A DNA stretch of 64,000 nt, from NCBI GenBank assembly GCA_965237415.1, contig CBDEFM010000002.1, positions 3,936,001 through 4,000,000 of the forward strand. Direction: 5' to 3'. The DNA is from Alphaproteobacteria bacterium (GTDB lineage: Bacteria; Pseudomonadota; Alphaproteobacteria; UBA828). Of the stretch, positions 1 to 10,455 are shown one piece after another (within the stretch, counting starts at the first letter, position 1; every line of letters starts with the position of its first letter). The notes under the pieces are model-generated. The model was not told where the DNA came from and did no database searches. It saw nothing but the letters and a program-made list of their open reading frames with translations. The translations under genes and the position numbers were made by a program.

Positions 1-960
1 CTCGCCATCGGTGCGGCGGAAAGCGATGCCATGGACGCCCTCGATCGGCGCTCGGACCTCCAGTGCGCGCGTGTGCGCTGCCACGGCACGTGGGATCCGC
101 TATGCCGGTGGGCGATCGGTCGCTTGCTGCGGCGATTCGAGCCGGACGTGGTGCAGACCCACATGGGCCGCGCCAGTGCGCTTGGCGGCAAGGCCGCACG
201 GTCCGTCGGCTATTCGACACTGGCCATGCTGCACACGATGATCGAGTTGAAATACTACCGCACCATCGACCTGTTCGTGCCGACAACGGCGGATCAGGAG
301 GCTTATCTGCGTAAGAACGGCGTGCCGGCCGATCGCGTCGAGCGCATCCCGCATTTCCGTTCGATGGAGCCGGTTGCAATCGCCAAGGCACCGCGACAAA
401 CGGACGGCGTGGTCAAGACCCTCGGCCGGTTCGTTCACAAGAAGGGGTTCGATGTTCTGCTGCATGCGGCTGCGCACGCTGCAAAGCAGGGCGCGCCGTT
501 CAGGCTGGAAATCGGCGGCGACGGACCCGAACGCAATTCGCTGAAGGCGCTGGCCGCTCGGCTCGGGATCGGGAATCGCGTCACGTTCTGCGGTTGGATC
601 GACGACGTTGCGGCGTTCCTCGCCGATGCCGATCTGTTCGTGCTGCCGTCGAGGATCGAACCGTTCGGCATCGTGGTTCTGGAGGCGATGGCCTGCGGTG
701 TTCCGATCGTCGCCACGCGCGTCAGCGGCCCGCTGGAAACTCTCGATGAGCACACCGCTCTCCTGGTTCCGTCCGACGATCCGGCGGCACTGGCGGAGGC
801 TATGATGGCGGTGTTCGATGCGCCCGACGCGGCAGGGGCCCGCGCCCACGCGGCGCTTGCTTCGTTCAAGGCGAACTACGCCGAGTCGGCCGTTATGAAT
901 CGGTACCTGGTTGCCTGCAGACGTCTCGCGGAGTCCAGCGAAGCGGCCAAGAAGGCCTAA
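1..960 (+). CDS. Glycosyltransferase family 4 (GT-B fold), 5' partial
   Basis: Frame is open from base 1; GRFVHKKGFD and EPFGIVVLEAMACG (ExxxxxxxE) motifs typical of GT4. Confidence 0.9.
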   Translation, partial: LAIGAAESDAMDALDRRSDLQCARVRCHGTWDPLCRWAIGRLLRRFEPDVVQTHMGRASALGGKAARSVGYSTLAMLHTMIELKYYRTIDLFVPTTADQEAYLRKNGVPADRVERIPHFRSMEPVAIAKAPRQTDGVVKTLGRFVHKKGFDVLLHAAAHAAKQGAPFRLEIGGDGPERNSLKALAARLGIGNRVTFCGWIDDVAAFLADADLFVLPSRIEPFGIVVLEAMACGVPIVATRVSGPLETLDEHTALLVPSDDPAALAEAMMAVFDAPDAAGARAHAALASFKANYAESAVMNRYLVACRRLAESSEAAKKA

Positions 961-1838
961 TCCCGCGCGCGCACCGCCGCCGCGTAGTCCGCCATCAGGG
1001 TGCGGGTGATCGGCCCAACCTGGAAATTGTGATCGTCGATCGCGCCGACGGGCGTCACCTCGGCAGCGGTGCCGGTCAGGAAAATCTCGTCGCTCTTCGC
1101 GATCTCGTCGGGCATCACAGCACGCTCGACCACCTCGTAACCGCGCTTTTCAGCGAGCTCGATGACCGTGCGCCGGGTGATGCCGTCGAGGAAACTATCC
1201 GGCGTCGGCGTGTGAATGACGCCGTCCTGGACGAGGAAGATATTGGCGCCCGTGGCCTCCGAGACCCGCCCGCGCCAGTCGAGCATCAGCGCATCGTGGC
1301 AGCCTTCGGCTTCCGCCTCGTGCTTGCTGAGGGTACAGATCATGTAGAGCCCGGCGCATTTCGCCTTCACCGGCGCGGTATCCGGCGCCGGCCGGCGCCA
1401 GCGCGCGGTCTTGAGCTTGATGCCCCGCGTTATCGCATCCTCGCCGAAATACGCCGGCCACGCCCAGGTCGCGATCGCCACGTGGATCGTGTTGTGCTGC
1501 GCCGAGACGCCCATCATCTCGGCACCGCGCCAGGCCATTGGACGCACATAGCCGTCGCCGATGCCAAGCGCCTTGACAACAAGCCTGGAGGCTTCGACCA
1601 GCGCCTCGCAGGTATAGGGGATCTCGAATCCCAGCGCGCTGGCGGAATCCAGAAGGCGTTGGGTGTGCTCCTCGACCTTGAAGATACGGCCGTCGTACAC
1701 CCGCTCGCCTTCGAACACGCAGCTCGCGTAGTGCAGGCCGTGACTCAGCACGTGCAGCTTCGCGTCGCGCCACGGCACGAGCGCGCCATCGAACCAGATG
1801 ACTCCGTCGCGATCGTCGTAGGGGATGAGGTCGGCCAT
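957..1838 (-). CDS. ilvE: Branched-chain amino acid aminotransferase
   Basis: LHYASCVFEG, AKCAGLY (PLP Lys), EATGANIF, LDGITR, FLTGTAAEVTP; start set at MADLIPYDDRDG. Confidence 0.95.
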   Translation of the reverse strand: MADLIPYDDRDGVIWFDGALVPWRDAKLHVLSHGLHYASCVFEGERVYDGRIFKVEEHTQRLLDSASALGFEIPYTCEALVEASRLVVKALGIGDGYVRPMAWRGAEMMGVSAQHNTIHVAIATWAWPAYFGEDAITRGIKLKTARWRRPAPDTAPVKAKCAGLYMICTLSKHEAEAEGCHDALMLDWRGRVSEATGANIFLVQDGVIHTPTPDSFLDGITRRTVIELAEKRGYEVVERAVMPDEIAKSDEIFLTGTAAEVTPVGAIDDHNFQVGPITRTLMADYAAAVRARD

Positions 1839-1902
1839 GGCGCTCACTGATGGTAGGCGGGTGGGCAGAAAGCGGTTGCACTCCTTAGCATCGGCCTGCA
1901 TA

Positions 1903-1923
1903 TAAGTCAATGTGACTGACGTA
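1903..1923. promoter_or_regulatory. Imperfect palindrome TAAGTCA-N7-TGACGTA overlapping the MarR start; probable autoregulatory operator
   Basis: 7-bp arms with one mismatch in the short divergent ilvE/MarR region. Confidence 0.45.
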
Positions 1924-2394
1924 AAGGCCGGGCCGAATCCGCTTTACCTGCGCGAGGATCAGCTTCACGAGGCGATGGAGCTGCTCTTTTTCGCGTATCG
2001 GGACTTTACGACCGAGTGCGATGCGATCCTGGCGTCCTACGGCTTCGGGCGTGCGCATCACCGGGTCGTCTATTTCGTCGGCCGCAATCCGGATATCTCG
2101 GTTACCGCGTTGTTGGAGATTCTGAGGATCACCAAGCAGAGTCTGTCCCGAGTGCTCGGCCAGCTGGTGCGGGAGGGGTTCGTGACGACCCGGCAGGACC
2201 CTGCCGACGGGCGTCGCCGATTGCTGACGCTTACCGCGAAGGGGCGTAGCCTGGAGGGCCGGCTCTCCGCGACCCAGCGGGCCCGTATTGCCAAGGCCTA
2301 TCGCAGCGCCGGCGGTGTCGCCGTGGAAGGATATCGGGAGGTCTTGATGGGAATCATCGACGAGGCAGACCGGCGCCGCTTCGAACGACCCTGA
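1912..2394 (+). CDS. MarR family transcriptional regulator (PetP-like)
   Basis: LLFFAYRDFT, GFGRAHHR, ITKQSLSRVL, DGRRRLLTLT; divergent from ilvE and upstream of an OmpR regulator. Confidence 0.9.
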   Translation: MTDVKAGPNPLYLREDQLHEAMELLFFAYRDFTTECDAILASYGFGRAHHRVVYFVGRNPDISVTALLEILRITKQSLSRVLGQLVREGFVTTRQDPADGRRRLLTLTAKGRSLEGRLSATQRARIAKAYRSAGGVAVEGYREVLMGIIDEADRRRFERP

Positions 2395-2440
2395 GGGCGG
2401 GGTGTCGAATCGGCCCAGCCGGCGGGGGGGCGATGCGTCG

Positions 2441-3175
2441 ATGAACGGCGAGAGCGCGGCTGCGGGCACAGCCCGGCGCGAGGCGCCTCCGGCCGAGGCA
2501 GCGCATATTCTGGTGGTGGACGACGACGACCGCCTGCGCACGCTGCTCGGCCGCTATCTGCGAGACAACGGTTATCACGTCTCCTCCGCCAGCTCGGCCG
2601 CCGACGCGCGGGCCAAGCTCGACGGCATGGCCTTTGACCTGATCGTGCTCGACGTCATGATGCCGGGTGAATCGGGCATCGACTTCACGCGCGGGCTACG
2701 CCGCTCGACCACGGTCCCGATCCTGCTGCTCACGGCCATGGGGGAGCCAGAGGACCGCATCGCCGGGTTGGAGAGCGGGGCTGACGATTACTTGACCAAG
2801 CCCTTTGAGCCCCGCGAGCTGCTTCTGCGCGTTGCCACCATTCTGCGACGTACCGCCCCGCCGCCCTCAGCGCTGCCTGCGACGTGCATCAAGATCGGCG
2901 AGTTCCGCTATTTTCCGGCGCGGGATCAGCTTCTGCGCGGCGATGAGCAGGTCCGGCTGACGACGGCCGAGGCCGGCCTCCTCCGTGTCTTTGCCGCCAA
3001 TCTGGGACAGACGTTGAGCCGGCATGCGCTCAGCCAACGGCTCGGCGGAAGCACATCGCGGCGCGCCATCGACGTGCAGATCGCCCGGCTGAGACGCAAG
3101 ATCGAGCCGGAACCCCAAAATCCCTGCTATCTTCAGACCGTCTGGGGCCGGGGCTATGTTCTGCGGGCCGATTGA
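2441..3175 (+). CDS. OmpR family response regulator (PetR/OmpR-like)
   Basis: HILVVDDD, LDVMMPG (phospho-Asp), GADDYLTKPF, RAIDVQIARLRRKIE, TVWGRGY; start could be 2402. Confidence 0.93.
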   Translation: MNGESAAAGTARREAPPAEAAHILVVDDDDRLRTLLGRYLRDNGYHVSSASSAADARAKLDGMAFDLIVLDVMMPGESGIDFTRGLRRSTTVPILLLTAMGEPEDRIAGLESGADDYLTKPFEPRELLLRVATILRRTAPPPSALPATCIKIGEFRYFPARDQLLRGDEQVRLTTAEAGLLRVFAANLGQTLSRHALSQRLGGSTSRRAIDVQIARLRRKIEPEPQNPCYLQTVWGRGYVLRAD

Positions 3176-3205
3176 GCCGCTCCGTCCGCTCCGCGAGGAA
3201 GCGTC

Positions 3206-4534
3206 ATGAGTTTGTTGAGACGTGTCACGCCGCGCGGTCTGTTCTGGCGCTCCTTCCTGATCATGCTGATCCCGCTCGTCCTGGTTCAGGCGACGGTCGC
3301 CTACATATTCTTCGAGCGTCACTGGGATACGGTCAGTCGCCAGTTGGCGATGGACGTCACCGGCGACGTCGTCACCATCATGCGCATGGCCGACGCTGCA
3401 TCGGGCCCCGAAGAGCGCACCGCTATCGATCGAATCGCCCGCAGGGAGATGCAGTTCGGCGTTGTCTTCGAGGATGGCGCGGTTTTGCCCGACGACTCTC
3501 CCAATCGGTTCGACCGCACCATCGACGCGACGCTACACCGGCAGCTCGAGAAGCGCCTCACTGTCCCCTACCATCTCAACACGCAATTGCCCGACAAGCG
3601 GATGACAATTCGCGTCCAGCGACCGGACGGCGTGCTGACCCTGGTGACGACGGTCAAGCGCATGCGGGAGTCGACCACGGTTCTGGTCATTCTGTGGATG
3701 GTGGGCACGGCGATCGTGGTCTCGGCGATTGCGGTCCTTTTTCTGCGCAACCAGATACGCCCGATCCGGCGACTGGCGGCTGCTGCCGACGCGCTGGGCA
3801 AGGGCAGGCCGGTGACCGACCTCAATCCCTCGGGCGCGACGGAGATCCGGCGCGCGGGCGCGGCGTTCCTGGAGATGCAGGGGCGGATCCAGCGTCAGAT
3901 CGCCCAGCGCACCGAGATGCTGGCCGGGGTCTCTCACGATCTGAGGACACCGCTCACCCGAGTGAGATTGCAGCTCGCCATGCTGGCCGATGCGCACCCC
4001 GGCTCGCGTCAAGAGATTACCGAATCCGAGCAAGACCTGCTGCTCATGGAGCACATGATCGACGAATACATGGCCTTCGCCCGCGGTCAGGGCGGGGAGG
4101 CGCCGGTCAGCACCGATCTCGCCGAAATCATCGACGATGTCGCGGGCGATGCGCGCCGCAGGGGCAGCTCCATCGTGCTCGAGGTCGAGCGGCCGCTGAT
4201 CCTGGCTCTCCGGCCGAATGCCATCCGCCGCTGCCTGACCAATCTGGTCGAGAATGCCATGCACCACGGCGCACGGGTCGCGATCAGCGCCACTCGCCGG
4301 GATGACGTCGTCTCGGTCGCGGTCGAGGATGACGGACCGGGCATCCCGGTGGACCAGCGCGAAGACGTGTTCAAGCCGTTCTTCAGGCTGGATAGCGCCC
4401 GCAATCCGCGCACCGGCGGGGCCGGTCTCGGCCTCTCGATCGCACGCGACGTCGCCCGCGGGCACGGCGGCGATATCCGCATGAGCGGCGGCTCGCTCGG
4501 CGGCCTTCGCGCCGAACTTCGACTGCCGGTCTAA
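3206..4534 (+). CDS. EnvZ-like sensor histidine kinase
   Basis: Two TM segments, HAMP region, H-box GVSHDLRTPLTR, NLVENA, DDGPGI, GAGLGLSI. Confidence 0.93.
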   Translation: MSLLRRVTPRGLFWRSFLIMLIPLVLVQATVAYIFFERHWDTVSRQLAMDVTGDVVTIMRMADAASGPEERTAIDRIARREMQFGVVFEDGAVLPDDSPNRFDRTIDATLHRQLEKRLTVPYHLNTQLPDKRMTIRVQRPDGVLTLVTTVKRMRESTTVLVILWMVGTAIVVSAIAVLFLRNQIRPIRRLAAAADALGKGRPVTDLNPSGATEIRRAGAAFLEMQGRIQRQIAQRTEMLAGVSHDLRTPLTRVRLQLAMLADAHPGSRQEITESEQDLLLMEHMIDEYMAFARGQGGEAPVSTDLAEIIDDVAGDARRRGSSIVLEVERPLILALRPNAIRRCLTNLVENAMHHGARVAISATRRDDVVSVAVEDDGPGIPVDQREDVFKPFFRLDSARNPRTGGAGLGLSIARDVARGHGGDIRMSGGSLGGLRAELRLPV

Positions 4535-4562
4535 ACCCCCTCGGCGGATACTGCGCCGGACT

Positions 4563-5210
4563 CTATCCGGCTTCCTCTGCGGGCTGGGTATCGCGCCAGT
4601 CGCGCCTCGGCGCGAAACGGCAGAGAGTGCGCGTGAGCCTGTCGAGGCGTCGCAGCCGCCTGTCGAGCACAGCCATGGTGCGCGCCATGTCTTCGCTGTC
4701 GTCGCGTAGCCAAACTGGAAGCATGGAGAGGTAGAGCGCCGACAGCGCCTTGACCCGAAGCCCGCCTTGCAGGCCTGCGCTGCTCAAGTCGGCAGCTTCC
4801 AGCATCCAGCGCATCGAGCGCCGCAGCGTCAGCGGACCGCACAGGATTGCCTCCGGGTCCGACGGGCAGCTCCGCATGATCGCGCCAACCCCTTCCTTGT
4901 GGGCATTCAGCAGGTCAAAGCGCTTCATGAGGACATCGAACAGGCGCTCGGTAGCCGGGCGCCCGGCCATCTCAGGGTCCCGCACCGCCAGCACCTCGCG
5001 GTCTATGGCCGCGGCATAGGCCGCGACGATGGCGCTCTTGGAAGAAAACGCGGCGCGCAACTCGGCGAGGGAGACCTCCGCCGCCTCGGCGATGTCGCCC
5101 AACCCGACCCGCGACCAGCCGCGGCTCGCGGCCAGTGTCAGGGCACTCTCGATGATGGCCTGAGGCGCGTCCTTGCGCTTGCCGGCCCCCGGTGCAGTTT
5201 TCCTCGGCAT
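4563..5210 (-). CDS. TetR/AcrR family transcriptional regulator
   Basis: N-terminal HTH (LGDIAEAAEVSLAELRAAFSSK), ERLFDVLMKRF, TMAVLDRRL. Confidence 0.8.
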   Translation of the reverse strand: MPRKTAPGAGKRKDAPQAIIESALTLAASRGWSRVGLGDIAEAAEVSLAELRAAFSSKSAIVAAYAAAIDREVLAVRDPEMAGRPATERLFDVLMKRFDLLNAHKEGVGAIMRSCPSDPEAILCGPLTLRRSMRWMLEAADLSSAGLQGGLRVKALSALYLSMLPVWLRDDSEDMARTMAVLDRRLRRLDRLTRTLCRFAPRRDWRDTQPAEEAG

Positions 5211-5306
5211 GGTCCTGCGCCTCTTCGCCGCCAGTCCCCGAAGTGTAGGCCGCGGGAAAACCGAGCGTCAACACGGCCGGCGTCGGTGTCTCAGCCGCGG
5301 GTGCGG

Positions 5307-6128
5307 TTAGGCCGGGGCGAGGGCGCGGGAACGTTCGGCGGCGGCGCGAACCGCGCGGCTCATCAGCGGGGCAAGCCCGTCCGTCGCCATCAGGACCGAG
5401 AGCGCGGCTTCGGTCGTGCCGCCCGGACTGGTCACGTTGCGGCGGAGCGTGGCGGCGTCCTCTTCGGATTGAGCAAGCAGCGCGCCTGCACCGCTCACCG
5501 TGCGGTCGGCCAGCGTGCGGGCCAGGTCGGCGGGTAGTCCGGCATCGATGGCGGCTTCGGCCAGGCATTCGGCGAGCAGAAAGACGTAAGCCGGTCCGCT
5601 GCCGGACACGGCCGTCACCGCATCCATGAGGGCCTCGTCGTCGATCCAGGCGACCGCGCCCACCGCCCGCAACAACGCCTCGCAGAGCGCTTGCTGATCG
5701 CGGTCGGCGGCCCGGTTGGCCCAGGCGACGGTCATGCCTTCGCCGATGGCGGCGGGCGTGTTGGGCATGGCGCGGACGATCGGCACAGCACCCAGATCGC
5801 GCTCCAGCAAGCGTACAGGCCAGCCGGCGGCAATCGAGAGGTGAACGGTGTCCGGCCCACCGATGTCGGCGTAAGGGGGCACGACCTGGGCCATCACCTG
5901 GGGCTTGACGGCGTAGACGATCGCCGCCGGGCGCAGCGTGCCGGGAAGCGCGGTGGGCGCCGGAACGCATGTCGCGCCGAGCGGTGCCAGACGCTGAGCC
6001 GTGCCGTCGTCCGGCTCGACGATGGCGAGCCGCGCGGCTTCGAGCGGCCCGCGCAGCCACCCTGCTGCAAGAGCGCTGCCCATCCTGCCGCCGCCGACCA
6101 GGAGGATATCGCCGGAAATCGCCGTCAT
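5307..6128 (-). CDS. proC: Pyrroline-5-carboxylate reductase
   Basis: GGGRMG, AVKPQ, RAMPNTP, TAVSGSGPAY, VTSPGGTT; start at MTAISG. Confidence 0.96.
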   Translation of the reverse strand: MTAISGDILLVGGGRMGSALAAGWLRGPLEAARLAIVEPDDGTAQRLAPLGATCVPAPTALPGTLRPAAIVYAVKPQVMAQVVPPYADIGGPDTVHLSIAAGWPVRLLERDLGAVPIVRAMPNTPAAIGEGMTVAWANRAADRDQQALCEALLRAVGAVAWIDDEALMDAVTAVSGSGPAYVFLLAECLAEAAIDAGLPADLARTLADRTVSGAGALLAQSEEDAATLRRNVTSPGGTTEAALSVLMATDGLAPLMSRAVRAAAERSRALAPA

Positions 6129-6631
6129 CAGGCTGACCCGCGCGGCTCCATGAGGGCCGCTTCGAACGCAGTTTCGGGCGCGAGCTCCGTCCCGACCACT
6201 TGCTCGAATGCCGGATAGAAGCGCTCGCACTCGCCCACTCCGACCGTCACGAGATCGACGACCTGAGGGTCCTCCACGCCGTCTGTGCCGCGCAACAGCA
6301 GCGCGTGGCGCCACGTTGGCCTGCCTTCCTCGGCCCAGAGATCGAAATGGCCGATCCACAGGCTCTCGTTGATCAGGTTGATCAGGGCGCCGACCGCCCG
6401 GCGCCGGTCGTCCGGGACGCGCATGTCGAATCCGCTGGCGAAATGCAGGACGTCGAGGTCGGCACGGTAGGCGAACCAGAGCTCATAGTCGCACCAGCCG
6501 CCAGCGAACGAGCCCGTGATGTCCTCGTCGCCCATGCGTTCGAACGAGAGACGGCTGGCCATCATGACCCGCTCGACAGCGTCGAGCGCATCGCTCGCCA
6601 GGCGCTCGGAATGTACTAGTGTCAACGCCAT
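6128..6631 (-). CDS. YbjN-domain protein (putative sensory transduction regulator)
   Basis: GGWCDYELWF, INESLWIGHFDLW, ECERFYPAF; typical alphaproteobacterial proC neighbour. Confidence 0.8.
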   Translation of the reverse strand: MALTLVHSERLASDALDAVERVMMASRLSFERMGDEDITGSFAGGWCDYELWFAYRADLDVLHFASGFDMRVPDDRRRAVGALINLINESLWIGHFDLWAEEGRPTWRHALLLRGTDGVEDPQVVDLVTVGVGECERFYPAFEQVVGTELAPETAFEAALMEPRGSA

Positions 6632-6782
6632 CCCAACTCCCCACCGCTGCGGCGCCATATGCGGTATCCCAACGGAACCACCAGATATGGCGCCAACCAC
6701 AATAGGCTGTGTTGGAGCGCGAGAAAATCCCAAATGTTGAAAATCGGGCGCGACAGCGCGGGGGATTGGATTGCCAGCAGCG

Positions 6783-7340
6783 CTATGTCGGAAGCTGCGG
6801 CGGGGCGCCGCCGGGGAGGGGAATGCGATGCTCGTTCAGCGTCATCGCGATCATCGCGTAGTAGCCGTTGAGCGCCGTGAGCTCCACCACGCCCGCGGGC
6901 CCGAGCAGCGCCAGCGCCTTGTCGTAGGTCTCGTCGCTCACCGCGCGGTTGGTCTGCAGCTCGCAACTGAAATCGTAGACCGTCGCCTCGTCCTCTGCGG
7001 AGAGCGGCGGCGGCCGCCGGTGCTTGATCGCTTCGATCACCGTGTCGGGCAGGCCCGCCTGCGCGGCCTCCGGCGCGTGCCAGTGCCATTCGTACTGGCA
7101 CGACCAGTGGCGGGCGATCGCCAGGATCGCGAGCTCGCTGAGCCTGGGCGCGAGGCTGGTCTGGTAACGGAGGAGGGCGCCCAGCGCCTGGATGCGGTCG
7201 GCGAGCTCGGCATTGTGCAGGAATGCCATGAAGAGCGCCGGCACCGTGCCGCGCGGCCCGCTCTCGATCGCGTCGTAGACGCGGCGCTGGTCGTCCGAGA
7301 GCGACTCGACGCTGGGGAGCGGCAGGCGCCGTTCCGTCAT
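6783..7340 (-). CDS. Carboxymuconolactone decarboxylase/AhpD-like family protein
   Basis: [35 protein letters not shown]. Confidence 0.85.
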   Translation of the reverse strand: MTERRLPLPSVESLSDDQRRVYDAIESGPRGTVPALFMAFLHNAELADRIQALGALLRYQTSLAPRLSELAILAIARHWSCQYEWHWHAPEAAQAGLPDTVIEAIKHRRPPPLSAEDEATVYDFSCELQTNRAVSDETYDKALALLGPAGVVELTALNGYYAMIAMTLNEHRIPLPGGAPPQLPT

Positions 7341-7849
7341 GGTGCCGTTTCCTCGCCTTCCGCCGCCTCGCGCTCGGCGATCGGCGGCACGAAGCGCAGG
7401 TCCGTGTCCCAGGGGAAGAAGATCCACGTGTCCTGGCTGACCTCGGTCACGAAGGTGTGCGCCTCGGAGCGGCCCGCCGGCTTGGCGTAGATGCAGGCGA
7501 AGTGCGCGCGCGGCAGCATCTCGCGGACGATGCGGGCGGTGGCGCCGGTATCGGCGAGATCGTCGATGATCAGGATGTCCTTACCGTCGCCCGCGACCGG
7601 TTTCAGAACTCTCGCCGACCGCTGGTCCTGATGGTCGTAGGAGGAGATGCAGATGGTGTCGACCACGCGGATGTCGAGCTCGCGGGCGACGATCGCCGCC
7701 GGCACCATGCCGCCGCGAGTGACCGCCACGATGCTGCGCCAGGGGCCGCGCTCGGCCAGCCGCCAGGCAAGCGCGCGGGCGTCGCGATGAAGCTGATCCC
7801 ATGAAACGGGGAACCCTTTCTCGAACTTCTCCGTCATCTCGTCCGCCAT
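7337..7849 (-). CDS. gpt: Xanthine-guanine phosphoribosyltransferase
   Basis: [28 protein letters not shown] loop [18 protein letters not shown]. Confidence 0.95.
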   Translation of the reverse strand: MADEMTEKFEKGFPVSWDQLHRDARALAWRLAERGPWRSIVAVTRGGMVPAAIVARELDIRVVDTICISSYDHQDQRSARVLKPVAGDGKDILIIDDLADTGATARIVREMLPRAHFACIYAKPAGRSEAHTFVTEVSQDTWIFFPWDTDLRFVPPIAEREAAEGEETAP

Positions 7850-7996
7850 CCATCGATGTTGCCATGCCGCTCCCATGCAAGCCGACAACGGGCGGCCGGG
7901 CAAGGGGCGCGCGTAAGTCGCGACACAGTCGACGCAGGAGCCCGCAGGCTGCGCAGCGCCTTTCGATCCGGGCCCGATGCGGGTAAGAAGCGGCGC

Positions 7997-8902
7997 ATGA
8001 CCGACCGAGTGCGGGCGCTGCCGGGCAGCGAAGCCAAGACGCGGGCGCTCCTCGAGGAAGGGCGCTATGTCGCGGACGATGCGCTGGTCAAGACGCTCTT
8101 CCTGAGCTTCGCGCTGGGCCGCCCCCTGCTGCTGGAAGGGGAGGCCGGCTGCGGCAAGACACAGCTCGCCGCGACCCTTGCCGAGACGCTGGGCCGGCGG
8201 CTCCTCCGCCTGCAGTGCTATGAGGGCCTCGACGCATCGGCCGCCGTCTATGAGTGGAACTACGCTGCGCAGATGCTGGCGATTCGCCTGGCCGAGCGCG
8301 GCGGAACCGAGCGCGACGCGCTCGCCGAGGATATTTTCGGCGAGCGCTTTCTGGTCAAGCGTCCGCTGCTCACGGCGCTTGAGCCCGATCCCCTCGGCCC
8401 GCCGGTCCTGTTGATTGACGAGATCGACCGGGCCGACGCACCCTTCGAGGCCTACCTGCTGGAGGTTCTCTCCGAGTTTCAGGTGAGCGTGCCCGAGCTG
8501 GGCACGGTGACCGCTGCCGAGCGGCCGCTGGTCGTCATTACCTCGAACCGCACGCGCGAGGTGCATGACGCGCTCAAGCGGCGCTGCCTCTACCATTGGG
8601 TCGACTACCCCGACGCCGCGCGCGAGAAGGCGATCCTGCGCGCTCGCTTGCCGGGGGTCGAGAAACGGCTGAGCGACAATATCGCCGCCTTCATCGAGCG
8701 CATGCGGAGCGCCGATCTCTCCAAAGTATCGGGGCTGGGCGAGGTGATTGCGTGGTCGAGCGCCGTCATCGAGCTCGACCGGATCGAGCTCGACCCCGAG
8801 ACGATCCAGGCCAACCTCGAGCGCCTGCTGGCCTATCAACGGGGCCTCGCGGAGGCCAGCGGCCGCCCCCCGGGGCCCGTCCGGCCCGCGCCGCGGTCGT
8901 GA
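7997..8902 (+). CDS. MoxR-type AAA+ ATPase (CoxD-like)
   Basis: Walker [22 protein letters not shown], Walker [26 protein letters not shown]. Confidence 0.9.
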   Translation: MTDRVRALPGSEAKTRALLEEGRYVADDALVKTLFLSFALGRPLLLEGEAGCGKTQLAATLAETLGRRLLRLQCYEGLDASAAVYEWNYAAQMLAIRLAERGGTERDALAEDIFGERFLVKRPLLTALEPDPLGPPVLLIDEIDRADAPFEAYLLEVLSEFQVSVPELGTVTAAERPLVVITSNRTREVHDALKRRCLYHWVDYPDAAREKAILRARLPGVEKRLSDNIAAFIERMRSADLSKVSGLGEVIAWSSAVIELDRIELDPETIQANLERLLAYQRGLAEASGRPPGPVRPAPRS

Positions 8903-10113
8903 CGACGGACCCGGTGCCGGTCGAGACGGAGGCGGGCGGCACGCTCGCCTACAACGTCATGCACTTCGTGCGGGGCCTGCGCGGCGCCGGCCTGCCGGCG
9001 GGGCCGGGCAAGACCATCGCGGCGGTGCGCGCCGTCGAGGCGGTCGATCCCACCCGCCGCAGCGATCTCTACTGGGCGCTCCACGCCGTCCTCGTCGAGC
9101 GGCGCGATCAGCACGACATCTTCGACCAGGCGTTTCACCTGTTCTGGCGCGAGATCCGCCTGCAGAGCGCGGTCCAGGGCCCGGTCATGGCGAGCGACAG
9201 GCTGCCCCAGCCCGAGGCACCGCCGGCGAGCCGGCGGGCCAGCGAGGCCATCGCCCCGCGCCTGCCCGACGAGGAGGAGAAACAGGAGAACGTCGAGATC
9301 GAGCTCGACGCGGTGCTCACCTTCTCGCCCCAGGAAGTGCTGCAGGAGATGGATTTCGAGGACATGTCGGCGGACGAGCTGGCCGAGGCGAAGCGGGCGA
9401 TTGCGGCGCTGAGACTGCCGATCAAGCCGGTGCCGACGCGGCGCTTCCGGCCCGACCAGCTCGGCCGGCGGATCGACATGCGGGCCACGCTCCGGGCGAG
9501 CCTGCGGTCGAGCGGCGACCTCATGCCGCTCAAGCGCCGCTCCCGCGCCGAGCGCCTGCCGACGCTGGTCGTGCTGTGCGACGTGTCGGGGTCGATGAGC
9601 CGCTACTCGCGCATGTTCCTGCACTTCGTCCACGCCGTGACCAACGACCGCGACCGGGTGCACAGCTTCCTCTTCGGCACGCGGCTCACCAACATCACGC
9701 GCTACCTCAGGCATCGCGATGTCGATGTCGCCGTCGGCAGTGCGAGCCGCGCCGTCCACGACTGGTCCGGCGGCACGCGGATCGGCCCCTGCCTCAAGGA
9801 CTTCAATCAATACTGGTCGAGGCGCGTGCTGGCCCAGGGCGCGCTGGTGCTGCTGATCACCGACGGGCTCGACCGCGACGATCTCGGCATTCTGCGGGTC
9901 GAGGTGGAGCGGCTGCACAAGTCCTGCCGGCGGCTCATCTGGCTCAACCCGCTGCTCCGCTACGAGGGCTTCAAGCCCGAGGCCGGCGGCGTGCGCACGA
10001 TCCTGCCGCACATCGACGACTTCCGTCCGGTCCACAACATTGCGAGCCTCATGGACATCGCCGCCGCGCTGAGCGCGCCTGCGGCTGCCGAGCAAGGCGC
10101 GGCCTGGGGCTGA
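8899..10113 (+). CDS. VWA-domain protein (CoxE-like)
   Basis: [39 protein letters not shown]; GTG start overlaps the ATPase stop. Confidence 0.9.
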   Translation: MTTDPVPVETEAGGTLAYNVMHFVRGLRGAGLPAGPGKTIAAVRAVEAVDPTRRSDLYWALHAVLVERRDQHDIFDQAFHLFWREIRLQSAVQGPVMASDRLPQPEAPPASRRASEAIAPRLPDEEEKQENVEIELDAVLTFSPQEVLQEMDFEDMSADELAEAKRAIAALRLPIKPVPTRRFRPDQLGRRIDMRATLRASLRSSGDLMPLKRRSRAERLPTLVVLCDVSGSMSRYSRMFLHFVHAVTNDRDRVHSFLFGTRLTNITRYLRHRDVDVAVGSASRAVHDWSGGTRIGPCLKDFNQYWSRRVLAQGALVLLITDGLDRDDLGILRVEVERLHKSCRRLIWLNPLLRYEGFKPEAGGVRTILPHIDDFRPVHNIASLMDIAAALSAPAAAEQGAAWG

Positions 10114-10132
10114 CCCGGACTTCTCGCCACGG
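10109..10132 (+). repeat. Direct repeat copy 1, GCTGACCCGGACTTCTCGCCACGG
   Basis: 22/24 identical to 15118-15141; both copies overlap a stop codon. Confidence 0.75.
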
Positions 10133-10211
10133 CGGCTGCCTGAGTCGCACCCCGCGCGTCTTTCGTCCCCGTGCGAGGGCGCGGGATACGATCCGTACAT
10201 TAATTTTGTCC

Positions 10212-10256
10212 GGGATTCGCCGGGATTAAGTGGGATTAAGTGGGATAAGTGGGATT
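10212..10256 (+). repeat. Five GGGAT(T/A) units at about 10-bp spacing
   Basis: Units start at 10212, 10222, 10232, 10242 and 10251 (cgggattcgc cgggattaag tgggattaag tgggataagt gggatt). Confidence 0.8.
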
Positions 10257-10455
10257 CCGCACGGGAAAGGGTCGCGCACGCTCGAAGGGTCGTGCGCGCG
10301 GTAGATAGGGTCGCGCCAGTCCGTTCATTCCGCCTCCGTCTGCCGAGCCCGCTCGCTCGTGCTCTGCAAGGCGCGAATCTGACGCGCACGGCGCACGCCG
10401 TGCAGCGCACCATGGTCCGGGCTAAGATCGGCGCCGCAACGAGGGACGGAGCATC

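Noticed and set aside
7997-10113. MoxR/VWA pair as an anti-phage or ternary conflict system
   Set aside because: Motifs match CoxD/CoxE metalloenzyme chaperones, and there are no effector or peptidase partners
10212-10256. Possible CRISPR array
   Set aside because: Units are about 10 bp with no unique spacers, and no cas genes are present
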